Below the pieces are notes generated by a model. That model was not told the DNA's origin. It saw only the letters and a list, made by a program, of their open reading frames with translations, and searched no databases. DNA of 64,000 bases, from NCBI RefSeq assembly GCF_044704955.1, contig NC_091978.1, positions 269,452,001 to 269,516,000 of the forward strand, written 5' to 3'. This stretch comes from Pristiophorus japonicus (Eukaryota). A program made the translations under genes and the position numbers. Shown in pieces: positions 62,037-64,000 of this stretch (position 1 is its first letter; the number at the start of each line of letters is the position of its first letter).

Positions 62037-62140
62037 TATTCTGATGAAAAGTCATCAACCTGAAATATTAACTCTGTTTATTGCTCCACAGATGCTGTCT
62101 GACCTGTTGAGTATTTCCAGGATTTTCTGCTTTTATTTTA
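62037..62140 (+). mobile_element. Penelope-like fragment with hammerhead core CTGATGA...GAAA
   Basis: CTGATGA at 62041-62047, GAAATATT at 62062-62069, then AACTCTG...CTCCACAGATGCTGTCTGACCTGTTGAG. Confidence 0.6.
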
Positions 62141-63001
62141 TATTAAAAATTATTTTATTGTTTAAGGCGGACATTTGTGGAAAGTGGCAAAATCTAGAAT
62201 CTCTGCTGGGTTATTGTCCCTGACTACAAATAAAGAAGTGATACAGGTCTTTATCCTTCGACATTGTAAAAGGCGTGATGTAAAATTGTAAAATTGCTAG
62301 TTTTCAAGAAAAATCTGATTTTCCCCTCAAAATTTTAAATATGCCTCCACACTCTGTGGCATGTAGTAAGTATGCAGTTCTGCTGTGCTTACTTCTGAAT
62401 CAAGCAAGACTCAAGCCACACTGAGGAACTGAGAAGAAGCTACAACCTTTCCCAGAAAGGAGGAAATAAAATCAAAAATCAGAATAAATAATCATGCCCA
62501 AGTCGTCCTGAGCAGGTGTAGGATGTATCAATCATACAATAGCCCTCAATTTGCAATAACATCTAAATGAACTAAGCCACAATGTTTATGTATAATATAC
62601 ATTTTAAAATCTGGTGAAGAAGCCCTCTTTTGTATATACCCAAAAGGTTGTAGAGCTCCAATAGCAAAGATGCAAGTTCACATTTCTCAACGTCAGCTGC
62701 TTAGACCTTCAGTGAATTATCAGGATCTTTAATTAACCAGAAAAACAAGAAACAAAATATATGAAATAAAAAATTATTTGTAAAAGTAATTCTTTTGGTG
62801 TTATACGTTATAGATTTGAAAGATGCAATGCCCCATCAAACCTGCAGAGGGAAAGCTTCGACACAAATACAGCAGGTAGGCTATGCCGGGTCAATTCTGC
62901 GAAAGAACTGTCCAAGTTGGCCTGGAGAACAACACTAACGAGGTGATGAGAATGTGGCAATATAAATATAGAGAAAAAAAGTCAGCAAATAAGACTTTTA
63001 C

Positions 63002-63145
63002 CTGCATAACTTCTTCCTGTGCTCATACACTGTGGTAGAAGTATCCATTTATCTAATGTTGGGTTGTAATATTCCACAGATGCAAGGTTGCAGGAGCCAT
63101 CATCTCCACCGGCTACATAAAGCAGACCATTTACAGCGCAGACAC
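63002..63145 (-). CDS. KLHL2: Kelch-like protein 2, penultimate coding exon (last Kelch repeat)
   Basis: (G)VCAVNGLLYVAGGDDGSCNLASVEYYNPTLDKWILLPQCMSTGRSYA(G); 144 bp with CAG acceptor and GTAAAA donor. Confidence 0.94.
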
Positions 63146-63237
63146 CTGCCGGAGTGTGTGTGTGTGTGTGAGGGGGGAAAGGGGGAGAAAGAAAGAGGTT
63201 AGTTCATTCCTGCACCATGAATATAAATAAACAAGAC

Positions 63238-64000
63238 TTCGTTGGCGAGGCAGGAGTGCAAGCAGCGGCAGTCCGGGGAGCGTCGAGCGGCCTATAAAAG
63301 GCCCAGAGTTCGTTGGTGAGGCGAGAGCGTGAGCAGTGACAGTCCGGGGAGCGTCGAGCGGCCTATAAAGGCCCAGAGTTCGTTGGTAAGGCCAGCCGGT
63401 GCAGCTGCAGGGAGAAGGCAAAAAAGTAGAAAGAAATCGAAAGGTGACGTCACAGCCAAGGGGGTAAGTGATTGGTGAGTAGTTTTTCTTTTTTCTTTTC
63501 CTCATCAGTAAGTAACCTTTTAGCATTGTTGTTGCCAAATTAGGTTAACCTAAGTGTTAAGTCATGGCCAGCTCGGACACGTGTTATGTTCCTCCTGTAC
63601 TATGTGGGAAGTCAGGGACGCTTCCGGTGTCCCTGACGACTACGTGTGCGGGAAGTGCATCCTCCTGCAGATCCTGACAGACCACATTGCGGCACTGGAG
63701 CTGCGGGTGGATTCACTCTGGAGCATCCACGATGCTGAGAATGACGTGAATAGCACGTTTAGCGAGTTGGTCACACCACAGGTAAAGGGTACACAGCCAG
63801 ATAGTAAATGGGTGACCAACAAGAAGAGCAGTGCAAGGAAGGTACAGCAGGAGTCCCCTGCGGTCATCCCCCTGCAAAACAGACACCGCTTTGAGTACTG
63901 TTGGGGGGGATGACTCATCAGGTGAGGGCAGCAGCAGCCAAGTTCATGGCACCATGGGTGGCTCTGCTGCACAGGAGGGCAGGAAAAAGAACGGGAGAGC
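63238..64000 (+). mobile_element. 5' end of a CR1 LINE: monomeric 5' UTR and ORF1 zinc finger
   Basis: ORF1 motif CSSCTMWE...YVCGKC followed by leucine-zipper-like LQILTDHIAALELRVDSL. Tandem monomers of about 70 bp at 63238-63391. Confidence 0.8.

Overview
This is vertebrate genomic DNA, most likely from a cartilaginous fish: it carries DeuSINE/SacSINE1-like SINEs, CR1 LINEs with (ATGTTTCT)n tails and many Penelope and Harbinger relics. Two host genes lie on the minus strand in the human order KLHL2 then MSMO1. These are the last two coding exons of KLHL2 (63145-63002 and 48011-47983) and the complete five-exon coding sequence of MSMO1 (36602-23376, 296 aa) with a CCAAT/CRE-rich promoter. The left third holds a nested stack. 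A decayed two-gene Harbinger transposon (4541-16978; transposase plus spliced Myb/SANT gene) is split in its transposase by a class I (gamma/epsilon-like) endogenous retrovirus (5927-13912; CCAT target-site duplication, tRNA-Gln primer site). That provirus itself contains a CR1 insertion. It has lost capsid, nucleocapsid, protease and the RT catalytic core, but keeps an env with a single 1-nt frameshift and an unusual furin-site layout. Also present are two Mag-like Ty3/gypsy proviruses and a solo LTR, hAT and Harbinger MITEs, Penelope-type hammerhead ribozyme relics, an inverted DeuSINE pair, and the 5' end of a CR1 with tandem TATA-bearing monomers. All calls were made by eye; no searches were run.
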